Shown here in pieces: positions 44,099 through 58,012 of a stretch of 64,000 bases of DNA. Below the pieces are notes generated by a model. That model was given only the letters and a program-made list of their open reading frames with translations, did not search any database and was not told the origin of the DNA. The position numbers and the translations under genes were made by a program. Source of the stretch: Eledone cirrhosa. Lineage: Eukaryota. Where the stretch lies: the NCBI GenBank assembly GCA_964016885.1, contig OZ024743.1, positions 295,802,001-295,866,000 of the forward strand, given 5' to 3'. Position 1 is the stretch's first letter, and the number at the start of each line of letters is the position of its first letter.

Positions 44099-45742
44099 AT
44101 GTATATATTGACCCACACGGCCATGGACAATAGTGACCTGACTAGACCCCAGATTGATGTCATACTTGCGGCCCGTAAAACAGTAATCACCTTTGAAGAC
44201 CAATTATGGACTCGCAACGATACGCAAAACAACTTCGACATAACCATGGGATCTAGTGACTCGGCGCAGGTCACTGATTTAGTCGGCCTATATTTACTTA
44301 ACGAAATCCATAAGGACCTTCCATACCTCAACGGTGGTTTGTACCGCGATGATGCACTTCTACTTATAGATTATAAAAAATTCAATATAGAAAGAACCAG
44401 AAAACTATTGCACAAGACATTCAAAAACTATAACCTTAGTATTACCATGGACAAAAACACTAAAACCGTTAACTTCCTGGACGCCACCCTCTACCTAGAC
44501 TCAAAGATATATGCACCTTTCCACAAACCTAATGAAAAACTCATTTACGTAGATACCAAGTCTAACCACCCTAGATCTATATTAAACTCTATCTCTAAGG
44601 GAATATCTAATAGAATCTCTAATCTATCCTATGACGTAAACATATTTAGCAAAAACTCGCAATATTATAATCAGGCATTAGCTAGATCAGGCCATAATAT
44701 AGAGAATGAGTTCCTACCTACAAAAACACATAGCTACAACATTGTTTCGAACAACATGTCCATGAGGAAATTTAGTAATAGGAATAGCAACCACACACAC
44801 ACTAATACGGAGGATGCCAACAAAAGTAACCCACACCACAGAAATTACCATAGTACCATAAAAGGAAACAACTCACCAGACATAAAAAACAAAAATAGAA
44901 GAAGAAATAATACATTTTTCAACCCTCCTTTCAATCTAAACGTCTCTACCAACCTACCTAGGGCTTTCTTCTCACTACTAGATAAAAACTTCCCATTCGG
45001 CCATAAGTACCATAGCCTTTTAAACAAAAACACAATTAAAATCTCCTACTCTACTACGCTTAACATAGCATACCACATAGCTATTAGCAATAAAAGAAAA
45101 ATTAATTCTTACTTCCAGCAAACTAAATCACAACAGACGATAAACCTTCAAAATAACATTATAGCAACTAACCCGAATATCAATAGAAATAATAGTAATA
45201 ACACTAGTGTAAACAATAATGCTGGGAACGTCAACCCACATAACCATAACCCTATAGCTACCATCCAGACTTCTACACAACATAATAACCGGCAGACTAA
45301 CACCCAGAATAATTGTAACTGTAGATCAAATAGAACCTTCCCGTTAGATAAAAAATGCTTAACCAAGGATATCATATACTCATGCACAGTCACAACTAGC
45401 AACTCTTCTGAAACCTATATAAGCTCTACTTCAAACTGCTTCAAAACCAGATACAATTCGCACCTCCCCTCTTTCAGAAAACACAGTCTAGCCAACTCCA
45501 CTTCACTATCTAGCTACATACACTATCTAAAAACTAAAAATAAACCATATACACTTAAATGGGAAGTGATAGGTAACGCGACATCGTACAAACCACATAA
45601 TAAATTTTGTAACCTCTGTCTATTAGAGACCCATACTATCATCTTCTCAAACCATAACCTCCTTAATAAAAAATCAGAAGTGTTTGCGCCTTGCCAACAC
45701 CGCTTCCGACACTCCTTCCAAAACTTTAAACCCAATATATAA
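44099..45742 (+). CDS. PLE polyprotein, C-terminal part: RT palm/thumb, Asn-rich linker, GIY-YIG endonuclease
   Basis: FDITMGSSDSAQVTDLVGLYLL, GLYRDD, VNFLD, YVDTKSNHP, FFNPPF, CNCR..FPL..KCL..IIY..YISST..FKTRY..H, CNLCLLE, CQHR. There is no internal stop, but the ATG lies in the inverted stub, so the native N-terminus is missing. Confidence 0.88.
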   Translation: MYILTHTAMDNSDLTRPQIDVILAARKTVITFEDQLWTRNDTQNNFDITMGSSDSAQVTDLVGLYLLNEIHKDLPYLNGGLYRDDALLLIDYKKFNIERTRKLLHKTFKNYNLSITMDKNTKTVNFLDATLYLDSKIYAPFHKPNEKLIYVDTKSNHPRSILNSISKGISNRISNLSYDVNIFSKNSQYYNQALARSGHNIENEFLPTKTHSYNIVSNNMSMRKFSNRNSNHTHTNTEDANKSNPHHRNYHSTIKGNNSPDIKNKNRRRNNTFFNPPFNLNVSTNLPRAFFSLLDKNFPFGHKYHSLLNKNTIKISYSTTLNIAYHIAISNKRKINSYFQQTKSQQTINLQNNIIATNPNINRNNSNNTSVNNNAGNVNPHNHNPIATIQTSTQHNNRQTNTQNNCNCRSNRTFPLDKKCLTKDIIYSCTVTTSNSSETYISSTSNCFKTRYNSHLPSFRKHSLANSTSLSSYIHYLKTKNKPYTLKWEVIGNATSYKPHNKFCNLCLLETHTIIFSNHNLLNKKSEVFAPCQHRFRHSFQNFKPNI

Positions 45743-47214
45743 CAATGTCAGACTTGAACCCGTCACCACCTCTAGCAGCAATCATCAGGGGCACACCTTA
45801 CACCTCATCTCCACACCCATTAATCCACTTTAACGCAAATAGTGACATCCTCCTAATACCTTTTACCCTAGAGATATCCCCATGTACTTCTACTTTTGGT
45901 ATATTGGCCTTCAATTACTTAGACTACATTACACCAATGTAAACTTTAAGCACGGAATTGGTTGTGCTAACATTGTCCTGTGTATGTAGTGCCATCATTG
46001 GATAAATGGAAGATTAAGTAATTAATTTATTAACATAAAAGAGCTATATAAGCTATATGCTGAGTGCAATGAATTATGTACAGGTGATGTATGAGTTATA
46101 AATACATGTATGACTTGATGGTCAGATTAGTGTCTTTGTAAGTGAGAATTGATCTCTGGACTACTCTAGTGATATTTAACTTTGCCATGCAATCAGACAT
46201 GCAATGACCCAGAGCTTACCAGGAGTCATATATAGAAGTGATTCTAATAAGACCCTGCCAGGTTCTGCGGGTGGACTACACTTACAAAGATCATTGATTT
46301 GGAGATCTGACTCTTCATGTGGAATATTCGGTGAGGGCACTCTATGATAGAAGGTAATCACCCTAATATGAACACCTTTAGTACTTCTTGATAGACTATA
46401 CTGTAATTTATAGATAAGATACTTAAATTTAGAAATTGTTTATAACTTTATATGATAGAAACTCATTTGAGACACCATTAATATACTTTAGGATAATAAA
46501 CTTAGCTATAGAAATCAGCTAGTTACCTCCACTTACGCATTAACTCCCCTTAATCACACACACACTTCCGGAATATAGTACGATGTCATCTCTCACAACA
46601 AAAACAACCTGCTCTATAGAATCGAATTAAAGAACGACAAGCTGTGATGTTCTAGCATGGTTCACCAGGCACCCAATGTTGAATCATCGTGGATTGTGAG
46701 ATGGACATGTAGTCTATAAATTACGTTTCCTGGATTGTGAGAGTGGTGGTGTGTACGAGGACAGTGGTGCTGTTTTGCTTCTCATTTGTAATATTTTTGA
46801 TATTTTTGGTGTTTCTCCACACACGGGCTTCTATATCGTAGAGGTGTGTGTGAATAATGCTTTACCAGTACAGCCCCCATGATGCTCTTGATTGCCTGCT
46901 TTGACTGCTTGTTTTACATGTAACAATCTGCCGTAGTATAATCTTGTATAAATAGGACAAGCGTGCACGCCACACGTATGACTGTTGCATACACTGGCTA
47001 CTCCAAACTTTCCTCTTGCTTTATCTTAGTAAACTGCCAATGTTTTATTTTAATTTTAATTTTAATTTTAATTTTAACTTTAACTTTGTCCTTTAAATTA
47101 CCATGCTATATTATTATAATGGATGTCAACCCACTGTGGGTCAATATATACATATGTTTCTATATGTCTCTTGTGTTGAAAAGGAGGTCAAGTATGTTAA
47201 AAATCACTGAATAA

Positions 47215-47263
47215 TTGCTCCGAAGACCCCAAACCTCGGTTTGGAAGAAACAATTGTAAGTAA
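47215..47263 (+). ncRNA. Hammerhead-like motif (CCGAAGA core) in the PLE 3' pLTR
   Basis: UUGCU-CCGAAGA-cc CCAAACC uc GGUUUGG aa-GAAAC AAUU GUA^AGUAA. Confidence 0.62.
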
Positions 47264-47502
47264 ATAAATGATTTAAACAGAACTTTGATTCATGTAATCT
47301 CTATATAACTGCTCTGTAAAACAACTGATGTTGTTACATTGAGCTATTTATCTTACTGGCAATAAGATAGTAATAAATTACTGTCTTTCACTATTTAGGG
47401 TATAAAATATATATAACTATAAAAGGTTTTAGTATATACATAACCATAAATAGTATCCTTAATACTATATATATATATTTATATATAAATATACATACAT
47501 AT

Positions 47503-47601
<99 letters not shown>

Positions 47602-47699
47602 ATGTCAATTAGATCCCAAGGGATTTTTGTACAAGTTGAAAACATATAAATGTATATATACACATACACATGTACATGCACACATATACACGCATTCCC

Positions 47700-47733
<34 letters not shown>

Positions 47734-47741
<8 letters not shown>

Positions 47742-47870
47742 TAAAATAACAGATTAAAGTTTAAGCAAAGAATCGGTGCTTTCACCCTTAACGTGATCTT
47801 CAGAAGATCCCGTTAAGGGTGAAAGCACCGATTCCTTGCTTAAACTTTAATCTGATATTTTAATAAATAT
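47734..47870. repeat. Palindrome centred on a hammerhead-like core
   Basis: gatcttc-a-gaagatc is centred at 47802. The plus arm reads CAGAAGA-UCCC GUUAA GGGU-GAAAGC..GCUU^AAACU. A related fragment lies at 51690-51741 (-). Confidence 0.85.
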
Positions 47871-47956
47871 TTGCTCTACGGTTCTTATATATTTGATATA
47901 TATTTATCCTTATCGAGCCCTCTTTGGATTTTAGTCTTCAAAGTTATAATTATTAC

Positions 47957-48071
<115 letters not shown>

Positions 48072-50224
48072 TGTGTGTGTGAAAGACCAAAGGTCAATAT
48101 TGAAACCTGGATTTTGCAAAATACATAATATTTTTTTATTGGAGAAGGTAAGATATTTTTCCACATTTGATTGCACTGTTTCGTTTCCACTTATGTATTT
48201 TTTGAAAATGTTATTTATTCATTATAAAAATTAAATGATACCATTCTATATATAGGTGGGGCCCCTTCATCTCCTGGCAACCAATATTTTTAGACGAAGT
48301 CCGCCACTGTATATATATTCTACATAGAACTTGTTCTGTGGGGCATTTCTTTCATCAGCTGTTAATTGCAGATCACCTTGATATCGGATTCTTCCGAGAG
48401 TATCGTACCTCCCGACTGTTCTTCATTTGTTAGTATTTACTTTTCATGTGTTCATACCACATTATCTTCCCAACGCACCGTTGTACCATAAAGAACTAAA
48501 TTTTAAATGTTTCATTGTTCTGCAACTTTCAAATTTGTTTTAGAATAATATATCTAGAGAGTGGATATTGTCTTTATGCCATCCAATTTTCATATTTAAA
48601 CTCGATTTGTTTTCTTCTATGCAGTTAGACACTTTGAAAGTCGCAGATGAAATTCCACAAAGAAATATCTAATCAAAATCGTTAATGATTAAACAGACAT
48701 TTTATCGAAACCAATTCATGATAAAACAGAGTTCAAAATCGATTATCGAGCATCGGTGAGTCAACAGCTGGACAATTTTCTTTATAATTTGCGACGTTTA
48801 GGTCATTTGAAGAAACTCAAACGTCATTAAGTTTGCTAACATTGTAACTTGAAAGAACTTGAATGTGGAAATGTGGCTGTAGATTGATTTCGGAAACTTT
48901 GAGATGCTACTGATTGATTTACAAAGCAGATCGATTTGTGGGCAAATATTTGTAGACTTGAGAGCTGAATTAGAAAACATTGGAAAAGATCGATCAGTTT
49001 CAGGAATTGCGAGGAAAATTCAGAATACGAATTTCTGAATTCCATTACTGATATGTTTGCATATCTGAAAACTATTGCAGCGACAATATTAACAATATTT
49101 TTTTTTTTTATTAACATACCCATGGGAATTCTCTCTCCTTCTCTGGAGGAAATCGGCTGTGTTTCGATTTGGAAAGAGATGGGCTCCGCATTTTAATCTA
49201 TAGGACGGCGCCGCATCGATTCCATAGAGATTTACAAGTCCATATACACTCATGGGAATGATTGTTGTCAGTGATGAAGTTTTAGATATAGGAATAACAT
49301 TACTGTTGAAACCAGTACTGCAACAAAATGTTTTAAAACAGAAAACATCAAGGAGGAAAATATTAATTTTCTTTTCGTTCAATGTTTTCGTTTTGTGGGA
49401 TAAATGTTGAAAACTTTGTTTTTAGTAAAGTTCAAAACAGCGGTGGTTTGGCCATTTTGGCAGACTATCGGAAAATAGGTTTTGTAGCATATAGTTATGG
49501 TCCTGTATGTTCTGCGTTCAAATGCCGCCGAAATTATGTATGCCTTTCATCCACACGGAGTCGATTAACTCGATTTCCTACAGACGTCATTATCCTGAAT
49601 GTACTAAATAGATATTTTCAAGTTCCCAAATTGTTCCTGATTAGTTCAGATCTTTAGTGAGAAGGTCCTATAAAGTGGTTGCATCATTATTTTTTGTAGA
49701 ATTATGATCTAAATATCGCGAGGTGGGTAAATGTGTTTTTTTTTCTCTGTTTCTTTTTTTTTTCTTTTTTTTTGTCAGTTCTATATTTGCTTAGGTTCAG
49801 ATTTATTTCTTTATAGTTTTACGCGTTCGAATTGACTATTTTATTATTCCTTCTGTATTTTTTTGAATGGTTTCTTTAGATAATAATGTTTGTTTGGTAT
49901 ATTCGATTTCCAAATTTTAACAATCCTAAATTCAGCCTGTTTAGAATAACAGTAGAGCCTATTTTTCTCTAAGGTTCGGAGACTTGCAACTTGCACTTCC
50001 GTATACAGAGTCGTTTACATAGATGTAACACTACCCTTTTGCGAGAGACTTAAAATATTCTTTGACAGACCAATCCCACACTTAATCAGATATATGGAAA
50101 AATCACTAAAATATGTGCACGACTGATTGGACATCGGACAAGGTCTGATGATCACTGCTTCCGCGTAAAAGATGAGATGGTTTCAGACGACTTTTTGTGA
50201 GAGATCTGCTCAAACAGAGGATGT

Positions 50225-50610
50225 GTCGGACAACGTGCTTTGCGGCATAGAGTTACGTCTCTTTAAATTCTGACTTCATATCACACGGAGTTCAGCTCTG
50301 CTTTCATCCTTACGTTCTCGATAAAATATAGTACCACTAACGCACTGTAGTCGGTTTAATCGACATCTCCAAACCGAAAATCGCTGGCCTTGTGTCTAAA
50401 TCAGGAACCATTATTATACAGCGAACAATATGCTTTGCACACATTTTGTTACGGTGCATTACGTTCTGAGTTAAAGTTCCGCCGATATCTATTTAGCGAT
50501 ACATCCTTCAAGGATCGATAAAATAAAGTTCCAATCACGCACTGGGATCGAGATTATTTACTTTCCTTCACAAATTGTTGGCCCTGTGCCTAAATTAGAA
50601 ATCAATATTA
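50225..50610 (+). mobile_element. Two adjacent old SINE family A copies
   Basis: Degenerate ctttcatcct..cgataaaata.agtacca..gctggccttgtg.ctaaat..gaa.c.atta appears twice. Confidence 0.7.
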
Positions 50611-50803
50611 CATAGCACCGGAAAATGACTGGTTGAACGGATCTACAGGGAAATGTGTTCTAGTCTGTGACTATTAATCTTCTGTAGTTGGGAGATGATA
50701 TAGATTTCTCGGTGTTTTTTTCCCCTTACCCGTGTCTTATGTCTTCTTTTTGAATCGTATTTATTATTGCTTTTTACCTAACGCAGATTTGTTTCTCTAA
50801 TAT

Positions 50804-50894
<91 letters not shown>

Positions 50895-51520
50895 ATTACA
50901 ATTTTGTTTCTCGCCCTAGAACAGTTGACACGTAAATGTAAGTATGCATACGTATACACACACACACACATATATACACACACACTCACACACATATATA
51001 TATGTATACACACATATATACATATTCATATGTACGTATGTGTTATATCGAATATTAATAATATTCGATTCGTTTGTAAACAAACGGTCCTATTAAAGCT
51101 GTGTCGTGCCGATGACAAATCGTCAGCTGTTTCTTCAACACTGGCATTGAGGAACATTCAACATGTTTCTGGCTCATTAATCTTCATCAGGACAGCATAC
51201 CTCTGCCAGTCTGTTGAACGGTTGAAAATATATAGTATTTTCTTAAGTACACATCGGCTGAGTAGCCTCATTTGCATACCGAGCGAGTTACGGCTGAGCG
51301 TGCCGAAATCTAAAAATAAAATTAGAATTTTATTTCTCGCCCTAACAGAGCTGATACATAAATGTAATTATGCATACGTATACACACACACACACACACA
51401 CATATTTATATATAGATAGATATAGATATGCACACACATGTATATACATCTACATATGTACGTACAACTATAACCCATACGTACATATGCATATGTATAT
51501 ATGTGCGTGTATATATATAC

Positions 51521-51581
<61 letters not shown>

Positions 51582-51655
51582 TGTATATGTGTGTGTACGT
51601 GTGCAAACTTACATTTATGTATCAGCTGTACTAGGGTGGGGGAAAAAATTCTAAT

Positions 51656-51686
<31 letters not shown>

Positions 51687-51866
51687 TTAAATCGCTGCTT
51701 TCACCCTTAACGGGATCTTCTGAAACTAATAAATCAATCTGTGAACGCACAAGTAAATATTTCTAAAAACGTTTCAACGAAGGAAAACAGGAAGACGATA
51801 CTTTGGTTCGTGAAGACATTCCCTGGCAATGAACGGAAAATAACGAAGATAATACGTCAGCAATGA

Positions 51867-52093
51867 GAACAGTGTTTTCATAATTGTTTCTACTTTTGGC
51901 ACCAGGCCAGCAATTATCCCAGTGCATTACTGGTACTTTATTTTATCGACCCCGTAAGGATGAAAGGCAAAGTTAACCGCGGTGGGATTTGAACTCAGAT
52001 CATAAAGGGAGTTAACTCTATGCTTCAAAGCATGGCGCCCGATCCTCTACCGATACTGCCAATCCACTGCCCTATGAACAATGTTTTCATAAT
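51867..52093 (-). mobile_element. SINE family A with target-site duplication
   Basis: Reverse complement of the 6448 copy, flanked by gaaca(g/a)tgttttcataat. Confidence 0.9.
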
Positions 52094-52594
52094 GTCGTAA
52101 TGCCAGACATACAGACAGATATATGGGCGCGATGTTATAGCTTTGTATCTATCTAAAACGACAGACTAAGAAAGAGCGACAGAGATCGGTAACCGGCGCC
52201 TAACACCCCTTTCACACGGGCAACTATACGTTGGCTGCTCAAGAGTGGGAAGCAAGACAAATCTCTTTGCATATGCCTGACACGGAAGATCAAGGGACAT
52301 TGTGTACAAGGAGGTGCTACAATCATTGTTTAGGTAGACGAGGCAGAAGGGGATATACACGATTGACTGAAGAAGGATGAGACTGTGTTAGTAGTACGAC
52401 CAACGGCTGCTATCACTCCAATAACAGCAAAAACAACATAAAGAGAGCGAAAGCAATTACATGCTTTTGAAAAATCTTAATGGAAAATTATTTGCCTAAG
52501 CAGAAAATGTAGACACCATCTCCAGGCCGAGGTATTCCGTACTTCCCTGTCTGTTTCAGAAAGGAGGGATAAACATGCCATCTATGTTTAGAAG

Positions 52595-52622
52595 CCCGAG
52601 CAACGCCGGGCCATTCTGCTAG
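52595..52622 (+). mobile_element. Helitron-type 3' terminus
   Basis: The hairpin cccgagcaacgccggg is followed 8 nt later by CTAG|t and resembles the end of 42126-43006. Confidence 0.6.
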
Positions 52623-53299
52623 TATATATATATATATATATAGTACAAAAGTGTTCCGTAACAGAATAGAAGGGAACCACAATTAATGCATATTACTTAA
52701 GGAACGTTAACAAGAAAAAATCTATATAAGAGAACAAGACAATGCGATAATGTTATATTAATCCAAGGATTGATAGAGTTAGATAGATTTGGAAAATAGT
52801 CTTAACATTTCGGACGTTAGTCATTCATCGATTGGAAGAAACAAAGAGATGAATGGTTCTTCCGGAGACACAAGACAAAGGAATACAGACGAGAGTAAAG
52901 AATGAAAATAGAAGATAAGGAAGAGAAGTGATAGCATATGTTGTAATTTATAAGCCTGCTTGGAAGAGAAAAGTAGATTGAGTCTGAAGCTTTGATGGGT
53001 TATAAAAGGGGAGATAAGTGAGAAAGCATTGACAGAAGTGAATTAAATATAATTACGTCAGTGTGTGTGTGAAAGGATCAAAGGCTGAAAGGTACTTAGA
53101 TGGGTGTCTAAGATACTCTAATGGATTGACCAAATGAGGTTTATTTTTCAACATAGACTCTGGAAAGAAACAATGCAGTTATTAATAAGAAAATATGAAA
53201 TGCCAGATTTCACAGCTCTAGCACCTATCATTCATAGTCCCCCAGTTTTCAGCAGACCCTAGTATTTGAGTATGTTTATTCATATATAATTGTGTGAAG

Positions 53300-53570
53300 T
53301 CACATGCTTAGTAGTTATGGTCTCCAACTCCCTACCGTCAGCCATGAGATAGAATCTCGGCAGCGCGTTATGGCCTTTAGACACTTTTTTCACGTTGCTT
53401 CAGTCCAGCCAGCTGACAAAGGTTAGCTGTACTTTTAATTCAAATCGCAGTTATTTTACGAGCTGTGTCACAATGAATCATCCAGAGAGGTGTATGTGGA
53501 ACACTCAGCCACTTGTAGGTTAATTTCAGGAGCAGGTTGTTCTGTGGAGCCTATCAACCGGATCATTGTT
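53300..53570 (+). mobile_element. Degenerate longer SINE (family B)
   Basis: tRNA-like head gcttagtagtta.. and body gtgtatgtggaacactcagccacttgta.gttaatt.cagga, resembling about 35430-35475. Confidence 0.5.
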
Positions 53571-54023
53571 GTGTGTGTGTATTGGTATCCCACTTCACAT
53601 CATTTGCTATATTTTCTTTGGTTATTTTATTATTTCTTTATTTTTCTGAATTTACCGTTTGTTTACCTGTTTTCACACGACTTGATGTATTTATGTTCCA
53701 ATGTAATTTGAGGATATAGCACTGTTCGGGAAAAAGTTGGAACATGTAGACAGTTCAGAGTTCCTTGTTGTATTACAAACGATGTTTGGTTAGACCAGCA
53801 CCAATATTGCTCAAGTCATTGGAAATCACGGAGAGACAGAGTAACTAAGTTCATTCCTAATTATTGAAGACAGCCTAAATTGAATTCGTGACGCAGTAAA
53901 GTCTGTTTTCTTCCTTTTTAAATGAGTATATATTATTCGTCTCCAGCTTCTAGAGGAATGTGTGCGTAGTTGAGAGCGTCTTTCTCTCTAGATATTTATA
54001 TATGGTGTTGCATTACTATCTAT

Positions 54024-54025
54024 AA

Positions 54026-54059
<34 letters not shown>

Positions 54060-54305
54060 CATACATACATACATTCATACATACATACATATATCCATAC
54101 ATACATAAATACGTACATACATACAGATAGAAATTCATACATACATACATACATACATACATACATACATACATACATACATACATACATACATACAGAT
54201 AGAAATTCATACATACATACATACATACATATAGAAATTCATACATACATACATACATACATACATACATACATACATACAAGCATACAGATAGAAATTC
54301 ATACA

Positions 54306-54337
<32 letters not shown>

Positions 54338-54620
54338 GAAATTCATACATACATACATACATACATACATGCATACATACAGATAGAAATTCATACATAC
54401 ATACATACATACATACATACATACATACATACATACATACATACATACATACATACATACATGCATACATACAGATAGAAATACATACATACATACATAC
54501 ATACATACATACATACATACAAGCATACAGATAGAAATTCATACATACATACATACATACATACATACATACATACATACATACATACATACATACAGAT
54601 AGAAATTCATACATACATAT
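54024..54620. repeat. (CATA)n minisatellite punctuated by cagatagaaatt
   Basis: About 9 occurrences of (ca)gatagaaat(t) or its variant tatagaaatt, separated by variable CATA runs. Confidence 0.92.
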
Positions 54621-54829
54621 ATCTTTCCAGGCATTTACTTTCGTATTTACATCTATATCAGTCTTTCCTTACTACATTTTCATTTGTCTATTTACGTGAG
54701 TTTTCGCTGCTGTCCGATCAATTCAACACATACAGACTCCTCTATGATGGCATGTCAGCGGACATACACAAATACACTCATGCACTCACACATGCATACA
54801 CTCACACATTCATACGCACACACACATAC

Positions 54830-54931
54830 ATACGTATAAATAGGCATATGCCCAAGGCACAAAGGCATAATAAATAAATATATACATATGCGTGTGCCAC
54901 TCTGTGTATGTGTGTACGTATATAGATATAA

Positions 54932-55008
<77 letters not shown>

Positions 55009-55023
55009 TATATGTGTGTGTCG

Positions 55024-55068
<45 letters not shown>

Positions 55069-55071
55069 TTT

Positions 55072-55120
<49 letters not shown>

Positions 55121-55166
55121 ACATATATATATATACACACATATATATATATATACATGTATATAC

Positions 55167-55207
<41 letters not shown>

Positions 55208-55266
55208 CATATATATAATAAATAAATATATACATATGCGTGTGCCACTCTGTGTATGTGTGTACG

Positions 55267-55362
<96 letters not shown>

Positions 55363-55363
55363 C

Positions 55364-55397
<34 letters not shown>

Positions 55398-55447
55398 ATA
55401 CATATATATATATAAATACACACATATATATTTTTACATATATATAC

Positions 55448-55516
<69 letters not shown>

Positions 55517-55655
55517 TATATATTTGATAAATAAATATATACATATGCATGTGCCACTCTGTATATGTCTGTACGTATATTTATATGTATATATATATAT
55601 ACGTATATATATATGTATATATATATATATATAAATATATATGTGTGTGTGTGTG

Positions 55656-55713
<58 letters not shown>

Positions 55714-55775
55714 TATACATATATATATAGAAATTCATAAAAGCGGACGTAAAATGAAATGAAAATGAAATGAAA

Positions 55776-55810
<35 letters not shown>

Positions 55811-55835
55811 TATATATATATATATACATACATAT

Positions 55836-55911
<76 letters not shown>

Positions 55912-55930
55912 GTATATGTGTGTGTGTATG

Positions 55931-55962
<32 letters not shown>

Positions 55963-56010
55963 TATGCATATATATATATATTTATATATATATATATATG
56001 TATATATATT

Positions 56011-56072
<62 letters not shown>

Positions 56073-56162
56073 CGTACACACATACACAGAGTGGCACACG
56101 CATATGTATATATTTATTTATTATGCCTTTGTGCTTTTGGCATATGCCTATCTATACGTATG
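54830..56162. repeat. Tandem plus inverted ~55-90-bp module embedded in (TA)n
   Basis: aataaataaatatatacatatgcgtgtgccactctgtgtatgtgtgtacgta occurs at about 54868, 55217 and 55528, and inverted at about 56072-56162. Confidence 0.85.
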
Positions 56163-56179
56163 TATGTACACACACAAAC

Positions 56180-56227
<48 letters not shown>

Positions 56228-56315
56228 ATATGTATGTGTGTATGCGTATGTATGTGTCTGTATATGTGTACCTGTGTATGTGAGTGTGTGTACGTGCGTG
56301 TGTGCGTGTGTGTGT

Positions 56316-56346
<31 letters not shown>

Positions 56347-56447
56347 ACAATTTGCTTAGCTTATTAAATTGTCGTCACGTTCCTGGAAAAGTGTATCAAG
56401 CACTTTAGAAAGTATCGTATTCATAAAAGCTGCTAATATGTAAGTGT

Positions 56448-56491
<44 letters not shown>

Positions 56492-56563
56492 CTACAGCAA
56501 ACCCTTGGTATATTTTACTTGTTACGGGCATTTGACGGTGGCCATGCTACAGCAACATCTTCA

Positions 56564-56628
<65 letters not shown>

Positions 56629-57164
56629 CGTATTTGTGCGCGCGCGTCTATGCATGCACGCACACATACACACACATATATATATGTGTGTGTATAAAGA
56701 GAGAGAGAGAGAGTCATTGTACTTACATCTGTGTGTTTATATGCCTGTATGTGTGTGTGAGTTTGCGCCCAAGCCGGTGTGTATGTGTATTTGTTGACTG
56801 TTGACTTCTATAGATTATGAAAACATTTTGTTCTAAAATAACAAATTAACTGCTCCATATAGACACCAACTACACTTCAAATGAGTGCATTTATGGTGGT
56901 AAATAGAGAATCACGACGGTTCCATGTTGTGCCTAACATTCTAAGCGATGTCATGACAGACAAGACTATAGAAAGGATGTCATTTCATTACCACAGACAC
57001 ATATACACATGTGTTTGGAAAACTGTAGCACATAAACTACCAACACATCAGATTCTGTAGTGACAAACGCTCATGCGCCATGAGAGCCACTCTTTAACAG
57101 ACTCAATCCTGTCTACTAGCCACAGACAAAAACAAAATGCAAGATTGTCAAAGTACAAAGGATG

Positions 57165-57570
57165 TGCAAATGGTCGCCGTACTGCCGAGCTCCTCTGCAA
57201 GATCGTTGGTGGCCCGTCTGAGGAGGGAGCCCCGCAAGGTTGGGTGGCTGTTGCAGCGGGTGTCACTGGCCATCGTTCGGGGGAATGCTTTTGACGTCTT
57301 TATCAGCGGGGCGCAACACTTCTGTCCTCTTTCCCTAAGCCCAAAGTCCAATCACCCTCCCCCTTAACACCTCTCCTCTCTTCTGTGACACCAGGGTTCT
57401 TGCCATCCCTCTCCTTCCCATTCTTTTTCTTTTCTCTCTCTCTCTCTCCCTCTCTTTCCTATATTTTCCTATTCTTTCTTTCCTTTTGTTTCTCCTTTTT
57501 TTTTATTATTTCTTACAAATTGTAGATTATTTCTATTAAAATCATGTTATACTTAAAAAAAGAAAAAAAA
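57165..57570 (+). mobile_element. 3' end of a CRE-like element with pyrimidine-rich UTR and A-rich tail
   Basis: LVARLRREPRKVGWLLQRVSLAIVRGNA is the typical RLE C-terminus; an A-run follows at about 57555-57570. Confidence 0.75.
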
Positions 57571-57968
57571 GCTATGCTATAAAACGATTTTTCTGTATCA
57601 TCTTTATAGATATCTTAGATAAGGAAGCAATTACACAAACGACGATATACTAAAGGATGGTTTCAAATACTGATAGATGTGTTAATTACAACTGAATAAG
57701 TTCCCTACCACCATCCTCATCACCACCATCACCATAATCTTTCAAATGCATATATGTACTCTTTATTCTAGGTGAAGCGAGGGTGTTGGGGAGTGTTTAC
57801 ACTTTATTTCTTTGCACAGTGATAGTTCTAATTCAAATGATTTAGCTATATTTTTGGTTCTTTTTTGTCACCCTTTACGTTAGCTCGTGTAACACAGATA
57901 CAGTCACAAAAGTAAACAAAGATACGACACACCCACATATATACAAACATGCACACACACACACACAC

Positions 57969-58012
<44 letters not shown>

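Noticed and set aside
48240-49100. hAT transposon remnant (ccgccactg end at about 48309, faint transposase-like peptides)
   Set aside because: I found no matching second TIR or TSD and no convincing catalytic motif.
54024-54620. CRISPR-like array with a constant cagatagaaatt repeat
   Set aside because: The spacers are just CATA runs, the context is eukaryotic and there are no cas genes; it is a minisatellite.
54802-56408. Long YI/CV/HT-rich ORFs here and throughout the window
   Set aside because: They are translations of (TA)n, (TG)n and (CA)n microsatellites.
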